The notes: a model not told the origin generated them from the letters alone. DNA of 64,000 bases from Minisyncoccia bacterium (GCA_041485695.1 JBGPJZ010000001.1:44697-108696), one strand, 5' to 3'. Counted from the stretch's first letter, positions 28,375-38,203 are shown. Numbers and translations are program-made.

Positions 28375-29739
28375 ATGAGCTTTTTGCCAGGCTTCCATGC
28401 TCTTGAGGAGTGGATGAAAGGTGCGCGCGATCGGAGCGGATTGCGGCCTCCCGGCTGGCCCATATTCCTTCTCGGAATCCTTATCTTCTTCAACGGGTAC
28501 CTTTTCTTCCAGTCGAACGTAGAGGCTGCGCTCTCGTACATGCTTTTTCTTTCGCCTTTGTGGCTTGCAGCCTTGATTGCAAGCGCGTCATGGGGGCTGT
28601 GGATGATTATGCGCCGCTCCTACTTCATCGCAGCACAAAGCTATATCCTGCTTGAAATAAAGCCGCCTCGCTCGCTTGTCAAGACGCCGCTCGCGATGGA
28701 GGCCGTGCTCGCCAGTTTCTGGCACTATCCGGGCGAAAGCGACTGGCATAGATTATATTGGTATGGCAGGGTCCGGCCATGGTGGTCCTTGGAGATAGTC
28801 TCTCTTGAAGGGCAGATACATTTCTATATCTGGACGCGCGCTAACTTTCGCAAGCTTGTCGAGGCAGCGGTGTATGCCCAGTACCCGGGCGCACAAGTGG
28901 TCGAAGCCGAGGACTACACTAAGACCATCTCGGCGATACCTGGCGCGGAGTGGGGCGTCTGGGGTTGTGATTACAAGCATACCAAGCGAGACCCGTACCC
29001 GATTAAAACCTATATAGAGTACGGGCTTGATAAGATCCAGGAAGAGCCCGAGCAGGTTGACCCCCTCTCAAACCTGGTTGAATTCGCGGCTGGGCTTGGT
29101 AAGGGCGAGTATCTGTGGATTCAATACATCTTTCGGGTACATCTGTGGGGAGAAAAGTATAAGAAAAGGAATAAAGAAGGTAAGCCTTGGACGTGGAAGG
29201 ACGAGGCGAAAGAGATCGTCCAAGAAATCAGGTCGCAAACGCGCGACCCGTATGTCGACCCTGCGACTGGTGAAGAGCGCCCTGGATTCCCCAACCCGAC
29301 CAAGCAGCAGACAGAGACTATGGCGGCAATCGAGCGCAACGTCGGGAAGCTCCCCTTCGATGTCGGCGCCCGCGCAATCTATCTTGCGAAGCCTGAGCGA
29401 TTCGACCCCATCGCTATCACCGGCCTCATCGGCCTCTTCAGGGCATTCTCGTCTGCCGGGTGGAATGAAATCAGGGCGACCCGGTGGCTTATGGAGTACG
29501 CCGACTACCCGTGGGAACTCGGCAATACCAGGCGTAAAGAGCGGCGTGCCGGGGAACTCGTCGACGCCTATCGCCGTCGGCAGTATTTTCACGAGCCGTG
29601 GTCGTTCCACGATTACATGGTGATGAGCACCGAAGAGCTTGCAACCCTTTTCCATATCCCATCGCGCGCCGTTACGTCGCCAGCGCTCGGACGCATCGAA
29701 TCAGCTACGGGCGAAGCGCCTGTCAATCTCCCGACCTAG
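28375..29739 (+). CDS. Hypothetical 454-aa membrane protein (2 N-terminal TM helices, large Trp/Tyr-rich soluble domain)
   Basis: Long ORF with consistent codon usage. No recognised motif. Immediately upstream of mltG. Confidence 0.6.
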   Translation: MSFLPGFHALEEWMKGARDRSGLRPPGWPIFLLGILIFFNGYLFFQSNVEAALSYMLFLSPLWLAALIASASWGLWMIMRRSYFIAAQSYILLEIKPPRSLVKTPLAMEAVLASFWHYPGESDWHRLYWYGRVRPWWSLEIVSLEGQIHFYIWTRANFRKLVEAAVYAQYPGAQVVEAEDYTKTISAIPGAEWGVWGCDYKHTKRDPYPIKTYIEYGLDKIQEEPEQVDPLSNLVEFAAGLGKGEYLWIQYIFRVHLWGEKYKKRNKEGKPWTWKDEAKEIVQEIRSQTRDPYVDPATGEERPGFPNPTKQQTETMAAIERNVGKLPFDVGARAIYLAKPERFDPIAITGLIGLFRAFSSAGWNEIRATRWLMEYADYPWELGNTRRKERRAGELVDAYRRRQYFHEPWSFHDYMVMSTEELATLFHIPSRAVTSPALGRIESATGEAPVNLPT

Positions 29740-29742
29740 GAT

Positions 29743-30678
29743 ATGCCGCTGCGCTTCTTTCACGCGACCGTAAGTGCGCTTCATATGCACGTGCTCCGAT
29801 GGTGGCGCGAATACGTACTCACGCTTGCCGCCGTGCTTATCGTCGTACTCGGCGGGTACTTTTTCTTTTTTGCAGCGCCGTACGGTTTCCCTGCTGACAT
29901 GACCATTACTATCCCGGAAGGAGCTTCGCTGGGCGCTACAGCGGAGGAACTCAAAAAGGCTGGCCTGATTCCAAATCAAACGGCATTCGTTCTTTTCGTA
30001 CGTCTGATTGGAGGTTCTGACCGCATACATGCTGGGCGATATCGATTTCCTAGGCCGCAAAATGCAATCATCATTGCCGGGCGGCTCATTGCCGCTGATT
30101 CAGGCATACCTCCGATTCGCATTACGTTTCCCGAAGGCAGCACCAATACCGAGATGGCTGCCCTTATCCACGCGCAATTTTCTGACCTTGCCGAAAGCGA
30201 TTTCATTGCTGCAGGCGCCAGTGGCCAGGGATACCTCTTCCCCGACACCTATGTCTTTGCCGCGGGCGATACGCAGGACAGCATCATCGTGCGGCTACGG
30301 AGCACGTTTGATAAGCGTATAGCTACGATAGAACACCAGATCAGAGCTTCAGGGCATTCGCTTGGCGATATCGTAACGATGGCTTCCATCCTTGAGGCGG
30401 AGACGAAAACGCCGGAGGACCGCCGCATCGTCGCAGGCATCTTATGGAAGCGTCTTGCGATAGGTATGGCGCTCCAGGTAGACGCCGCGCCGGAGACGTA
30501 CAAAACGCTGGGGCTTCCGAGATCCCCTATTGATAACCCGGGTCTTGACGCTGTCCTCGCCGCCGCGGAGCCGACCAAAACCAAGTACCTCTATTACCTC
30601 ACCGGCTCCGATGGCCGGATGCACTACGCCGTCACGTTCGCGGAGCATCAAGCAAACCTCGAAAGATACTTGAAATGA
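29743..30678 (+). CDS. mltG: Endolytic murein transglycosylase MltG (YceG-like)
   Basis: N-terminal TM, QGYLFPDTYVF and catalytic-Glu region ASILEAET. Confidence 0.8.
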   Translation: MPLRFFHATVSALHMHVLRWWREYVLTLAAVLIVVLGGYFFFFAAPYGFPADMTITIPEGASLGATAEELKKAGLIPNQTAFVLFVRLIGGSDRIHAGRYRFPRPQNAIIIAGRLIAADSGIPPIRITFPEGSTNTEMAALIHAQFSDLAESDFIAAGASGQGYLFPDTYVFAAGDTQDSIIVRLRSTFDKRIATIEHQIRASGHSLGDIVTMASILEAETKTPEDRRIVAGILWKRLAIGMALQVDAAPETYKTLGLPRSPIDNPGLDAVLAAAEPTKTKYLYYLTGSDGRMHYAVTFAEHQANLERYLK

Positions 30679-30745
30679 GAAATGAAAAGCCGCGCGACGT
30701 GCACCATACTGGTGTCGTGTCGCGCGGCAAGCTTTCCAGCCCGCA

Positions 30746-31045
30746 TCATGTGAAGTGCTCCTCTCCGCTCCTATTGGTCGCCCTGACGGTTTTTGTGACC
30801 TTGGCCAATCGTCGGAGATTCTCATACTCGATTCCACGGCTATGATCCTCATGCAAGAGCGCGTATTCGATATCATCGCAGGGGACGATATCGAAGAGAT
30901 ACTTCTTGCCGGGATTAAGCCGGTGTTCGATTTGAGGATTATCGAGATTGTGAATCAGCAAGTGAGGATCGGGACTGTCCCGGTGGTCGACAACCTCAAC
31001 GTACACAGATCCTAAGTGAATGAACTGAGCGTTCACGGTACTCAC
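30746..31045 (-). CDS. Small hypothetical His-rich protein (99 aa) in a lower-GC patch
   Basis: GTG start preceded by aggaaaggaag. The overlapping plus-strand ORF 30755..31015 is an alternative. Low confidence. Confidence 0.3.
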   Translation of the reverse strand: MSTVNAQFIHLGSVYVEVVDHRDSPDPHLLIHNLDNPQIEHRLNPGKKYLFDIVPCDDIEYALLHEDHSRGIEYENLRRLAKVTKTVRATNRSGEEHFT

Positions 31046-31122
31046 CTTCCTTTCCTGACGCCCTCTAGCTTTAAGAGAATCGCATTTTGCGCCTGGTTGT
31101 CAAGCATGATTATATGAGGACA

Positions 31123-32058
31123 ATGGAGAACGTGAAGGGGAAGAAGGTGTTTATAGGCCTCTCGGGGGGAGTAGATTCGGCTGTCTCAGCTGCGCTCTTG
31201 AAGCGCGGTGGGGCAATCGTAACAGGTGTATTCATAAAAGGCTGGTACCCGCCAGGCATGCCCTGTACCTGGGCAGAAGATCGCCGCGACGCGATGCGCG
31301 TCGCGGCTCGTCTGCGTATCCCGTTCGTAACGCTCGATGCGAGCGCGGAGTACAAGAAGTGGGTCATCGATTATCTTTTGGCCGAATATCGGGCAGGCAG
31401 GACCCCGAATCCGGATGTCATGTGCAATCGTGAAATAAAATTTGGCGTTTTTTACCGCTATGCGAAAGCAGAAGGCGCCGATTATATCGCCACCGGTCAC
31501 TATCGGAGCGGAGAGAAGGACCAGAGCTACTTCTTATGGGCTGTCCCGCACGATGTTCTTGCTGAAACCATCTTTCCCATAGGGGACATGAATAAAAAAG
31601 AGGTTCGTGCGCTTGCAAAGCGACTTCGCTTGCCAGTCGCAGGGAAAAAAGATAGTCAGGGCATCTGCTTCTTGGGCGATGTATCAGTCGAAGATTTCTT
31701 GAAGAAAGAATTAGGGACTCACAATCCCGCGCTTCTCTATACGCTCGGGCAAAGAATCTCGCTCCCTGACGGCCCATGGTATGTCGTCGGGAAAGACGTG
31801 GGGAAGAAAGAAGTCGCTGTTTCAAGAGAGCGAGTACGACAAAGGAACGAGATACCCTTTCGTGATGCCAACTGGCTTGCTCTGCCCGCACGAGCCACCG
31901 AAGCGCAGTATCGGTATCGAGCGAGGCACGTCGCAGGCCGCATCAAGGGCTCTACCTTCATCCCTTCTGTCCCGATTCAAGAACCCATAGCGCCAGGGCA
32001 ATCCATCGTCTTTTATCGAGGACAGGAACTTATCGGCGGTGGTATCATTGGCTCATGA
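31123..32058 (+). CDS. mnmA: tRNA-specific 2-thiouridylase
   Basis: SGGVDSAV PP-loop, NPDVMCN, ATGHY. Start at the ATG with GAGGA SD, aligned to the MnmA N-terminus. Confidence 0.9.
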   Translation: MENVKGKKVFIGLSGGVDSAVSAALLKRGGAIVTGVFIKGWYPPGMPCTWAEDRRDAMRVAARLRIPFVTLDASAEYKKWVIDYLLAEYRAGRTPNPDVMCNREIKFGVFYRYAKAEGADYIATGHYRSGEKDQSYFLWAVPHDVLAETIFPIGDMNKKEVRALAKRLRLPVAGKKDSQGICFLGDVSVEDFLKKELGTHNPALLYTLGQRISLPDGPWYVVGKDVGKKEVAVSRERVRQRNEIPFRDANWLALPARATEAQYRYRARHVAGRIKGSTFIPSVPIQEPIAPGQSIVFYRGQELIGGGIIGS

Positions 32059-32468
32059 CGCTACGGATAGCCCTTGCAGTCTTTGTAGCCGTGGTCATCA
32101 TCATTGCGGCGTTCGCCTTCTTCACCCCTCACGCCAACAGGGGCGGAGAGCAGGCGCCGAGCGCGAGTATCGTCCAGAAACCAGTGCCAGATGTCTCCCT
32201 TTCCGACTCATATAAAAAAGGCATGCATACGATTTCTGGGTCAATCATGGCGCCCACGCCCTGCACGAGCGTCACTGCCGATGCGAGCGTCGCAAGCGGC
32301 ACGCCGGCGGTCATCTCGGTCACCATCTCGATGCCCTCTGATGCAGGTATTTGTTTGCAGCAAGCGACCGTAGTGCCGTTCAAAGTTTCTGCAGCGGCGG
32401 GAGCCGACGCGATCATCGCGGCGTATGTGAATGGGGCACCTGCCTCGACGACTGTAAAAACGTTATGA
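32055..32468 (+). CDS. Small membrane-anchored A/S/T-rich protein (137 aa)
   Basis: N-terminal TM helix. ATGA overlaps with mnmA and the next gene. Confidence 0.5.
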   Translation: MTLRIALAVFVAVVIIIAAFAFFTPHANRGGEQAPSASIVQKPVPDVSLSDSYKKGMHTISGSIMAPTPCTSVTADASVASGTPAVISVTISMPSDAGICLQQATVVPFKVSAAAGADAIIAAYVNGAPASTTVKTL

Positions 32469-33358
32469 CGCCGAATCTTGCACAGGCCGAGAATATCCGA
32501 AGCAGGCCCGCTGGCGTCCCGATAGTCAAAGCCGATGGCACCATTGAGACGTTCGATCCTGAACGCCTGCGCTCATCGCTTATGCGTGCAGGTGCGGGCT
32601 CCCACGCGGCCGAGCGCATCGCAGAGCAGATTACGGAGACAGTGGTACCCGGTGCGGCCTCTCGAGAGATCTATGCGCGGGCGTTCGCACTCCTGCGAAA
32701 AGAGGCGCGGCCAGTTGCAGCTCGGTACGCTCTGCGTCGTGCACTCCTTGAATTCGGCCCCACGGGCCATCCTTTTGAGGACTTCGTGTCGCACCTCTTT
32801 CGCGCGAGCGGATGGCAGGTGAAAACGCGCCAGATGATGCAGGGTAAGTGCGTTACTCACGAAGTTGATTTTTATGCAACGCGCGAGAGCGAGTACCTCG
32901 CCGCCGAGCTCAAATATCACAACGACCCGGCCTACAAGACCGACCTCAAGGTCGCGCTCTATGTAAAAGCGCGCTTCGAAGATATCTGGCAGTGCGACCC
33001 GGCTTTCCAGACGTGCCCCGTAAACCGCGGATTCCTCATTACGAATACCAAATTCACGAGCGAAGCTATCGCGTACGCTTCGTGTGCAGGCATCGAGCTC
33101 CTCGGGTGGAGCTATCCTGCGGGCGCCGGGCTCCTTGAGGAAATGTCTCGTACCCGGGTGTATCCTGTGACGACCCTGACCACGCTCGCGCGCGCGGAAA
33201 AGCGCCTCTTAATCGACCAGGGCGTGGTGGCGGTAGACGAACTCGTGAAGAAGCCGAAGGCTCTTGATGCGCTGCACCTTTCGCCATCGCGGGTAGGGGA
33301 GATACGCGCTGAAGCAGATGGGCTTTTACAACTTGCGCACCCTTTCGACCATGAATGA
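32465..33358 (+). CDS. ATP-cone domain fused to an Mrr-like (PD-(D/E)XK) restriction-endonuclease catalytic domain
   Basis: N-terminal IVKADGTIETFDPERLRSSLMRAG (NrdR-like ATP-cone). C-terminal FEDFVSHLFRASGWQV...CVTHEVDFYATRESEYLAAELKYH (Mrr_cat-like D...ExK). Confidence 0.65.
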   Translation: MTPNLAQAENIRSRPAGVPIVKADGTIETFDPERLRSSLMRAGAGSHAAERIAEQITETVVPGAASREIYARAFALLRKEARPVAARYALRRALLEFGPTGHPFEDFVSHLFRASGWQVKTRQMMQGKCVTHEVDFYATRESEYLAAELKYHNDPAYKTDLKVALYVKARFEDIWQCDPAFQTCPVNRGFLITNTKFTSEAIAYASCAGIELLGWSYPAGAGLLEEMSRTRVYPVTTLTTLARAEKRLLIDQGVVAVDELVKKPKALDALHLSPSRVGEIRAEADGLLQLAHPFDHE

Positions 33359-33833
33359 CGTTATACGACCAACCTTTATATTTATTGCTGGCGCTTTGAT
33401 TGGTGGCCTTGCCGCTACGGTATGGTTTTCAGCCTCTCAGCCGGTTCCCTGGCCGGGCGGCGGCGTAAGTACTTCGACCGGAAGCGCTGCGGCACTCCCG
33501 CCTGATACGAGCGGGAGAGTCTCGGTAATCGGTCAGAAAGCTGGCGACACCGTCGAGGTTGAGTCGGTAACCGTGCCCCCTCCTGGCGTGTGGGTTACCG
33601 TACGAGAAGTTTCCGGTACCGAACTCGGGAATGTGCTCGGGGCCGCGCGTGCCCGCGGCCCCGTTTCAACCCTCACCATTCCGCTCCTCCGAGCGACCGT
33701 ACCTGGCCACGCGTACGCGGTCGAGCTTTATCGCGATGACGGGAATGACGCGTTCGACATCACGCAAGATAGTGTATATGTCGATTTCGATACGGGAAAC
33801 CCTGTCATCGCTCCGTTTGCCACGACCAATTGA
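33351..33833 (+). CDS. Membrane-anchored hypothetical protein (161 aa)
   Basis: N-terminal TM. Translationally coupled to its neighbours. Confidence 0.5.
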   Translation: MNDVIRPTFIFIAGALIGGLAATVWFSASQPVPWPGGGVSTSTGSAAALPPDTSGRVSVIGQKAGDTVEVESVTVPPPGVWVTVREVSGTELGNVLGAARARGPVSTLTIPLLRATVPGHAYAVELYRDDGNDAFDITQDSVYVDFDTGNPVIAPFATTN

Positions 33834-33834
33834 T

Positions 33835-34626
33835 ATGGCGGGCGCTAAACGGTATGCGAAGACGTTCGAACCTCTTTCGTCAGAGCCTTTTACGTTGAGC
33901 CGATCCAAGATAGATACGTTTACCGAGTGTGCCCGCTGCTCGTATCTCGACCTGCGTCTTGGCGTCAAGCGTCCACAAGGCCCGAGTTTTACTTTAAACA
34001 ACGCTGTCGACGAGCTCTTGAAACGTGAATTCGACGGGTACCGCGCAAACGGGACGGTCCATCCCCTCGCAAAGTCGTACGGCCTCGACCTCACCCCCCT
34101 CAAAGATGAACGGCTTGAAGAGTGGCGTGATGCCCTGCGACGGGGGATTAGAGCGCATCACAAAGAGACAAATCTTATCGTGCGCGGCGGCATCGATGAC
34201 GTGTGGCAAGACAAGCGAGGCCAGCTCTACGTGGTCGACTACAAGGCCACCGCGAAGAAGGAGGGGCCGAAGACCGCCGACGACCTCTACCCTTCATACA
34301 AGAAGCAGGTCGAGGTATACCAGTGGCTCTTTCGTAAAAACGGCTTTGTCGTCTCGCCGACCGCATATTTCGTATACGTGAATGGGAAATCCGATGCGAA
34401 GGCGTTCGACGGCAAGCTTGAGTTCGATATCGAGCTCATCCCGTATGAAGGCGATGATTCGTGGGTCGACCCTATGCTCGGCGACCTCAAGGCCATGCTC
34501 ATGAGCGATGAGATTCCACCCGTAGGGACCGCATTTGGAGGGGGCCCGTGCGACTACTGCACGTACCGCGAGAACGCTGGCAAAACGCTGCAAGAAGCGC
34601 AGAAGCATGCAAAAAGCAAGAAATAA
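33835..34626 (+). CDS. Cas4/RecB-like PD-(D/E)XK nuclease with 4-Cys (Fe-S) signature
   Basis: N-terminal ECARC and C-terminal CDYC cysteines. VVDYK (D/ExK) and EVYQWLF (QxxxY). Confidence 0.65.
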   Translation: MAGAKRYAKTFEPLSSEPFTLSRSKIDTFTECARCSYLDLRLGVKRPQGPSFTLNNAVDELLKREFDGYRANGTVHPLAKSYGLDLTPLKDERLEEWRDALRRGIRAHHKETNLIVRGGIDDVWQDKRGQLYVVDYKATAKKEGPKTADDLYPSYKKQVEVYQWLFRKNGFVVSPTAYFVYVNGKSDAKAFDGKLEFDIELIPYEGDDSWVDPMLGDLKAMLMSDEIPPVGTAFGGGPCDYCTYRENAGKTLQEAQKHAKSKK

Positions 34627-34873
34627 TTTCCGCGAACGCGTCTTTGCGGTCGTGAGAAAGATTCCAAAAGGGAAGACACTCGCGTATGGCGAAGTCGCGC
34701 GCCGCGCAGGGAAGCCGAGCGCGGCGCGCGCCGTGGGCGCCATTTTGCATACGAACTTTGACCCTGCAATCCCATGCCATCGCGTCATCCGCGCAGACGG
34801 CACCTTGGGTGGCTATAATCGCGGTGCGCGTAAAAAGAAGTTGATATTATCAGTAGAGAGGGCTGTGTGGTGA
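34607..34873 (+). CDS. Minimal methylated-DNA--protein-cysteine methyltransferase (MGMT/Ogt C-terminal DNA-binding domain only, 88 aa)
   Basis: PCHRV active-site motif (IPCHRVIRADGTLGGY) and HTH AYGEVARRAG. Confidence 0.75.
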   Translation: MQKARNNFRERVFAVVRKIPKGKTLAYGEVARRAGKPSAARAVGAILHTNFDPAIPCHRVIRADGTLGGYNRGARKKKLILSVERAVW

Positions 34874-34927
34874 TACGCTAGAGTGCAGGTTCGCAATCAG
34901 GCGATTTCCGTAGGGAGGGTTCACGTC

Positions 34928-35338
34928 ATGAAACGGATACGCGCGAGTATCGCCTTGTTCTTTGTCTCGTGGCTTGCAGTAGCTCCTGTGTATGGCGCTG
35001 ATCCTGCAACCAAGAGCGAGGTGCTGCGGGCAATCGTGTGTCGTACCGCCCCATGTCAATATTCCATCTTATGTCCCGTGGTGCGTCGGCTGAACGGGAG
35101 AGAGATGTCGTTCATGCTTGGTGTCAAGGTGAGCGGAGATGTGGTCATCCTCCACGATTCTCTTTTCGGCGTCACTCTCGTCTCTGCACATGGGGAGGAT
35201 ACTCTCGCCGACATCGTCCCTGAACGACCAGAGGAGGCCATGGGGTTTGATAAGCCTACGATGCGGATTGTCTTCGCCAAGGAGCTCGTTGTGGCTGTGC
35301 AGTGTGCGCTAGACAGTTCTCGGAATCCTCCAATCTGA
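34928..35338 (+). CDS. Secreted hypothetical protein (signal peptide)
   Basis: MKRIRASIALFFVSWLAVAPVYGA signal-peptide-like N-terminus. Confidence 0.45.
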   Translation: MKRIRASIALFFVSWLAVAPVYGADPATKSEVLRAIVCRTAPCQYSILCPVVRRLNGREMSFMLGVKVSGDVVILHDSLFGVTLVSAHGEDTLADIVPERPEEAMGFDKPTMRIVFAKELVVAVQCALDSSRNPPI

Positions 35339-35409
35339 CCGGTGCCTCGTTCCTTTCCTGAAAACCTGCACGCCTCGCGCGTACAGGTTTTCTCTCATAT
35401 ACTCCCCCC

Positions 35410-36102
35410 ATGGAGGTCAAGATTGACGCATCGTGGAAGAAGCATTTAAACACAGAATTTAAGGCGCCGTATTTCAAAGAGCTTACAGAGTTTGTTAAGA
35501 AAGAATATGTGAGCGAGATGGTGTATCCGCCGCCCAAATATATTTTTCATGCCTTTGATCTCTGCCCGTTCGACAAGGTCAAGGTGGTGATTCTAGGGCA
35601 GGATCCGTATCACGGCAAAGGCCAAGCCAACGGCTTGTGTTTTGCTGTGAACGATGACATCGTACTCCCGCCCTCGCTCCAGAATATCTTTAAAGAAATC
35701 GAAAGCGATCTCGGCGACCGAGCGAAGAGCGAGGAAGTCCCGAGGCTAGCAAGCCGAGGGGGCAATCTTTCGCGATGGGCAGAGCAGGGTGTCCTCTTGC
35801 TGAACGCGACACTCACCGTCCGTGCAAATCTCGCTGGCTCGCATCAGGGGCGTGGCTGGGAACAGTTTACCGACGCGGCTATCAAGGCGCTTTCAAGCGA
35901 GCGCGAGCACCTCGTCTTCATCCTCTGGGGAAATTATGCGAAGCAAAAAGGCGCGCATATCGACCGCAGTAAACACTTGGTCATCGAGTCCGCCCACCCC
36001 TCACCCTTCTCCGCTGCAAGCGGTTTCTTCGGCTCTAAACCTTTCAGCAAAGCGAACACCTACCTCGCCGAACACGGCGAAACGCCTGTCGATTGGCTAT
36101 AA
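35410..36102 (+). CDS. ung: Uracil-DNA glycosylase (family 1)
   Basis: GQDPYH and HPSPFS motifs. Confidence 0.95.
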   Translation: MEVKIDASWKKHLNTEFKAPYFKELTEFVKKEYVSEMVYPPPKYIFHAFDLCPFDKVKVVILGQDPYHGKGQANGLCFAVNDDIVLPPSLQNIFKEIESDLGDRAKSEEVPRLASRGGNLSRWAEQGVLLLNATLTVRANLAGSHQGRGWEQFTDAAIKALSSEREHLVFILWGNYAKQKGAHIDRSKHLVIESAHPSPFSAASGFFGSKPFSKANTYLAEHGETPVDWL

Positions 36103-36111
36103 GCGCTACAG

Positions 36112-36185
36112 AGAAAGTGCCTGCGAAAAAGTCCTCGGGTCTCCTCGCCTTCGGCTCGGCCAGACTATTTTCTCGGCAGCTTTCT
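36112..36185 (+). repeat. Copy 2 of the about 75-bp REP-like repeat, between convergent ung and the M13 peptidase
   Basis: About 95% identical to the 903-976 copy, with a UUCG loop. Confidence 0.85.
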
Positions 36186-36192
36186 CCTTCAC

Positions 36193-38157
36193 CTACCAAA
36201 TCTTGGCGCGGGCTTTGGGGGCGCGATAGAGCTTGTCTCCTTTTTTCACCCCAAACGCTTCGTAGAACTCGGTCAGATTAGAAAGCGGGCCGTTAACACG
36301 AAAAATGTCAGGCGAATGCGGGTCGGTAAGAATCGAGGTTTTTAAATGTTCAGGCCGTGCAATCTCACGCCAATCCTGTGCCTTAGCAAGGAAGAAGCGT
36401 TGTTCGGGAGCAAAGCCGTCAATTATTTTGCGCCCTGTCTTTTTAAGATGCCGCTCATATGCAGCGAAGGCAATCGCGTCCCCGCCAAGATCCGCAATAT
36501 TTTCGCCAAGCGTGAGTTTACCGTTGACCTTCACTCCATGCAGCTCGTACTGATTGAACTGTCGTTCAACCACGCGAGCCTTTTTCTCAAATCGGGCGCG
36601 GTCAAGCGATGTCCACCAGCTTTTTAAGTTGCCTTTTTCATCGAACTTCGAGCCCTGGTCGTCGAAGCCGTGCGTAATCTCGTGGCCGATTACAGCGCCG
36701 ATGGCACCATAGTTCACTGCGTCGTCGGCGCTTGCGTCGAAAAAAGGATGCTGGAGAATCGCAGCAGGAAAGACTATCTCGTTCGTACCCTGGTTATAGT
36801 ACGCATTGACCGTTTGCGGCGTCATAAACCACTCCTCGCGGTCAACTGGCTTACCGAGCTTGTGCATCTGGCGCGCGTGCTCATGGAGCGAGGCGCGCAT
36901 CACATTCCCGAAATAATCGGCGGGGTCGATGACGAGTCTTCGGTAACTCTTCCAGCGTTTTGGGTACCCGATCTTGCGGACCATGGTCTTTAGTTTCTTC
37001 TGCGCGCGTTTTTTCGTTGCCGGGCTCATCCAGTCAAGGACCTTGATGCGTTCGGCATACACGGCAAACAAGTCGCTGATGAGAGCGTCCATTTTTCGCT
37101 TTGCTTCGTGGGTGAAATATTTTTCTACATAAATCTGCCCGAGCGATTCACCAACCGTGCCGTTAACTGTCGAGAGTGCTCGGCGCCATAAAGGGCGCAT
37201 CTTTTTAGCTCCCGAAAGTACCTTGCCGTAAAAATCGAAATTAGCTTGCACAAATCGTTGCGAAAGCAGGCCCGCCGTCCCTATGAAAAGATGCCATTCA
37301 AGATACACTCGCCAGTCTTCCATCGAGGTTTGCTTAAGGAGAGAGCTCACCGCTTTCAAAAAGCCGGGCTGCATAACCAATATCTTGGTCGGCGTGCGCG
37401 CCCCGATAGCTTTCAAATATGAACGCCAGTTGACGACCGGCGACAACTTCTGAAGAGCCTTTACCGAGAGTTTATGGTAGGTCTTGTGCGGGTCACGCGT
37501 GTCCTCTTTGCGCATTGAGGCCGTTGCCAGCGTTTTTTCAATCGCGAAAATAATCGCTGCATTCCGCCTCGCATCTTGCGGTGCCCAGCCGAAGAGCTTC
37601 AGCATCCTTTCAATATGTGCGAGATACGCAGTACGAACTCTAACCTGTTCGGGGTTATTGAGAAGATAATAGTCGCGCTCGGGCACGCCGAGACCGTCTT
37701 GGTAGAGATGCAAGAGATATGTCTCGCTGTTTTTTGCATCTTGATCAATTGCTGCACCCCACAAAACACCGATACCAAGCTTGTGAAATTTAGCGACGAG
37801 GCGAAGCACATCCTCTTTTGTTTTAAGCTTCTTAATCTTTGTGCGGAAGCGTTCAAGCGGCTTCGCGCCGAGTGCATTACGCGCCTTCATATCCATGCCC
37901 GAGCGATACAAGTCACCAACAAGTTGCGGGGCAGTGCCTTTCATAAGGTGCTTGGCCTTGAGCAAGCCGTTGACGATTTCTCTCAGCTTCTTTTGCGTTT
38001 CAGTTTGGAGGATTTGGAAACTGCCCCAGCGTGACTCATGAGGAGGGATTTTCTCTCTTTTAATCCACCCCCCGTTCGCGTAATGAAAAAAGTCGTCCTG
38101 CGGGCGGACGCGCTTATCTATGTCTCGCGTATCAAATCCCCACCCTTTTTTCTTCAT
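36193..38157 (-). CDS. M13-family zinc metalloendopeptidase (PepO/neprilysin-like)
   Basis: HEITHGFDDQG (HExxH) and ENIADLGG motifs. Confidence 0.9.
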   Translation of the reverse strand: MKKKGWGFDTRDIDKRVRPQDDFFHYANGGWIKREKIPPHESRWGSFQILQTETQKKLREIVNGLLKAKHLMKGTAPQLVGDLYRSGMDMKARNALGAKPLERFRTKIKKLKTKEDVLRLVAKFHKLGIGVLWGAAIDQDAKNSETYLLHLYQDGLGVPERDYYLLNNPEQVRVRTAYLAHIERMLKLFGWAPQDARRNAAIIFAIEKTLATASMRKEDTRDPHKTYHKLSVKALQKLSPVVNWRSYLKAIGARTPTKILVMQPGFLKAVSSLLKQTSMEDWRVYLEWHLFIGTAGLLSQRFVQANFDFYGKVLSGAKKMRPLWRRALSTVNGTVGESLGQIYVEKYFTHEAKRKMDALISDLFAVYAERIKVLDWMSPATKKRAQKKLKTMVRKIGYPKRWKSYRRLVIDPADYFGNVMRASLHEHARQMHKLGKPVDREEWFMTPQTVNAYYNQGTNEIVFPAAILQHPFFDASADDAVNYGAIGAVIGHEITHGFDDQGSKFDEKGNLKSWWTSLDRARFEKKARVVERQFNQYELHGVKVNGKLTLGENIADLGGDAIAFAAYERHLKKTGRKIIDGFAPEQRFFLAKAQDWREIARPEHLKTSILTDPHSPDIFRVNGPLSNLTEFYEAFGVKKGDKLYRAPKARAKIW

Positions 38158-38203
38158 GCCGCCATACTACACGACCTTCTATTCGCGTGCTATCGTCTCA
38201 TGC

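Noticed and set aside
30755-31015. 86-aa plus-strand ORF in the mltG-mnmA spacer
   Set aside because: GTG start without an RBS and I/L/V/D-biased composition. The overlapping minus-strand ORF is slightly more plausible, and neither is convincing.
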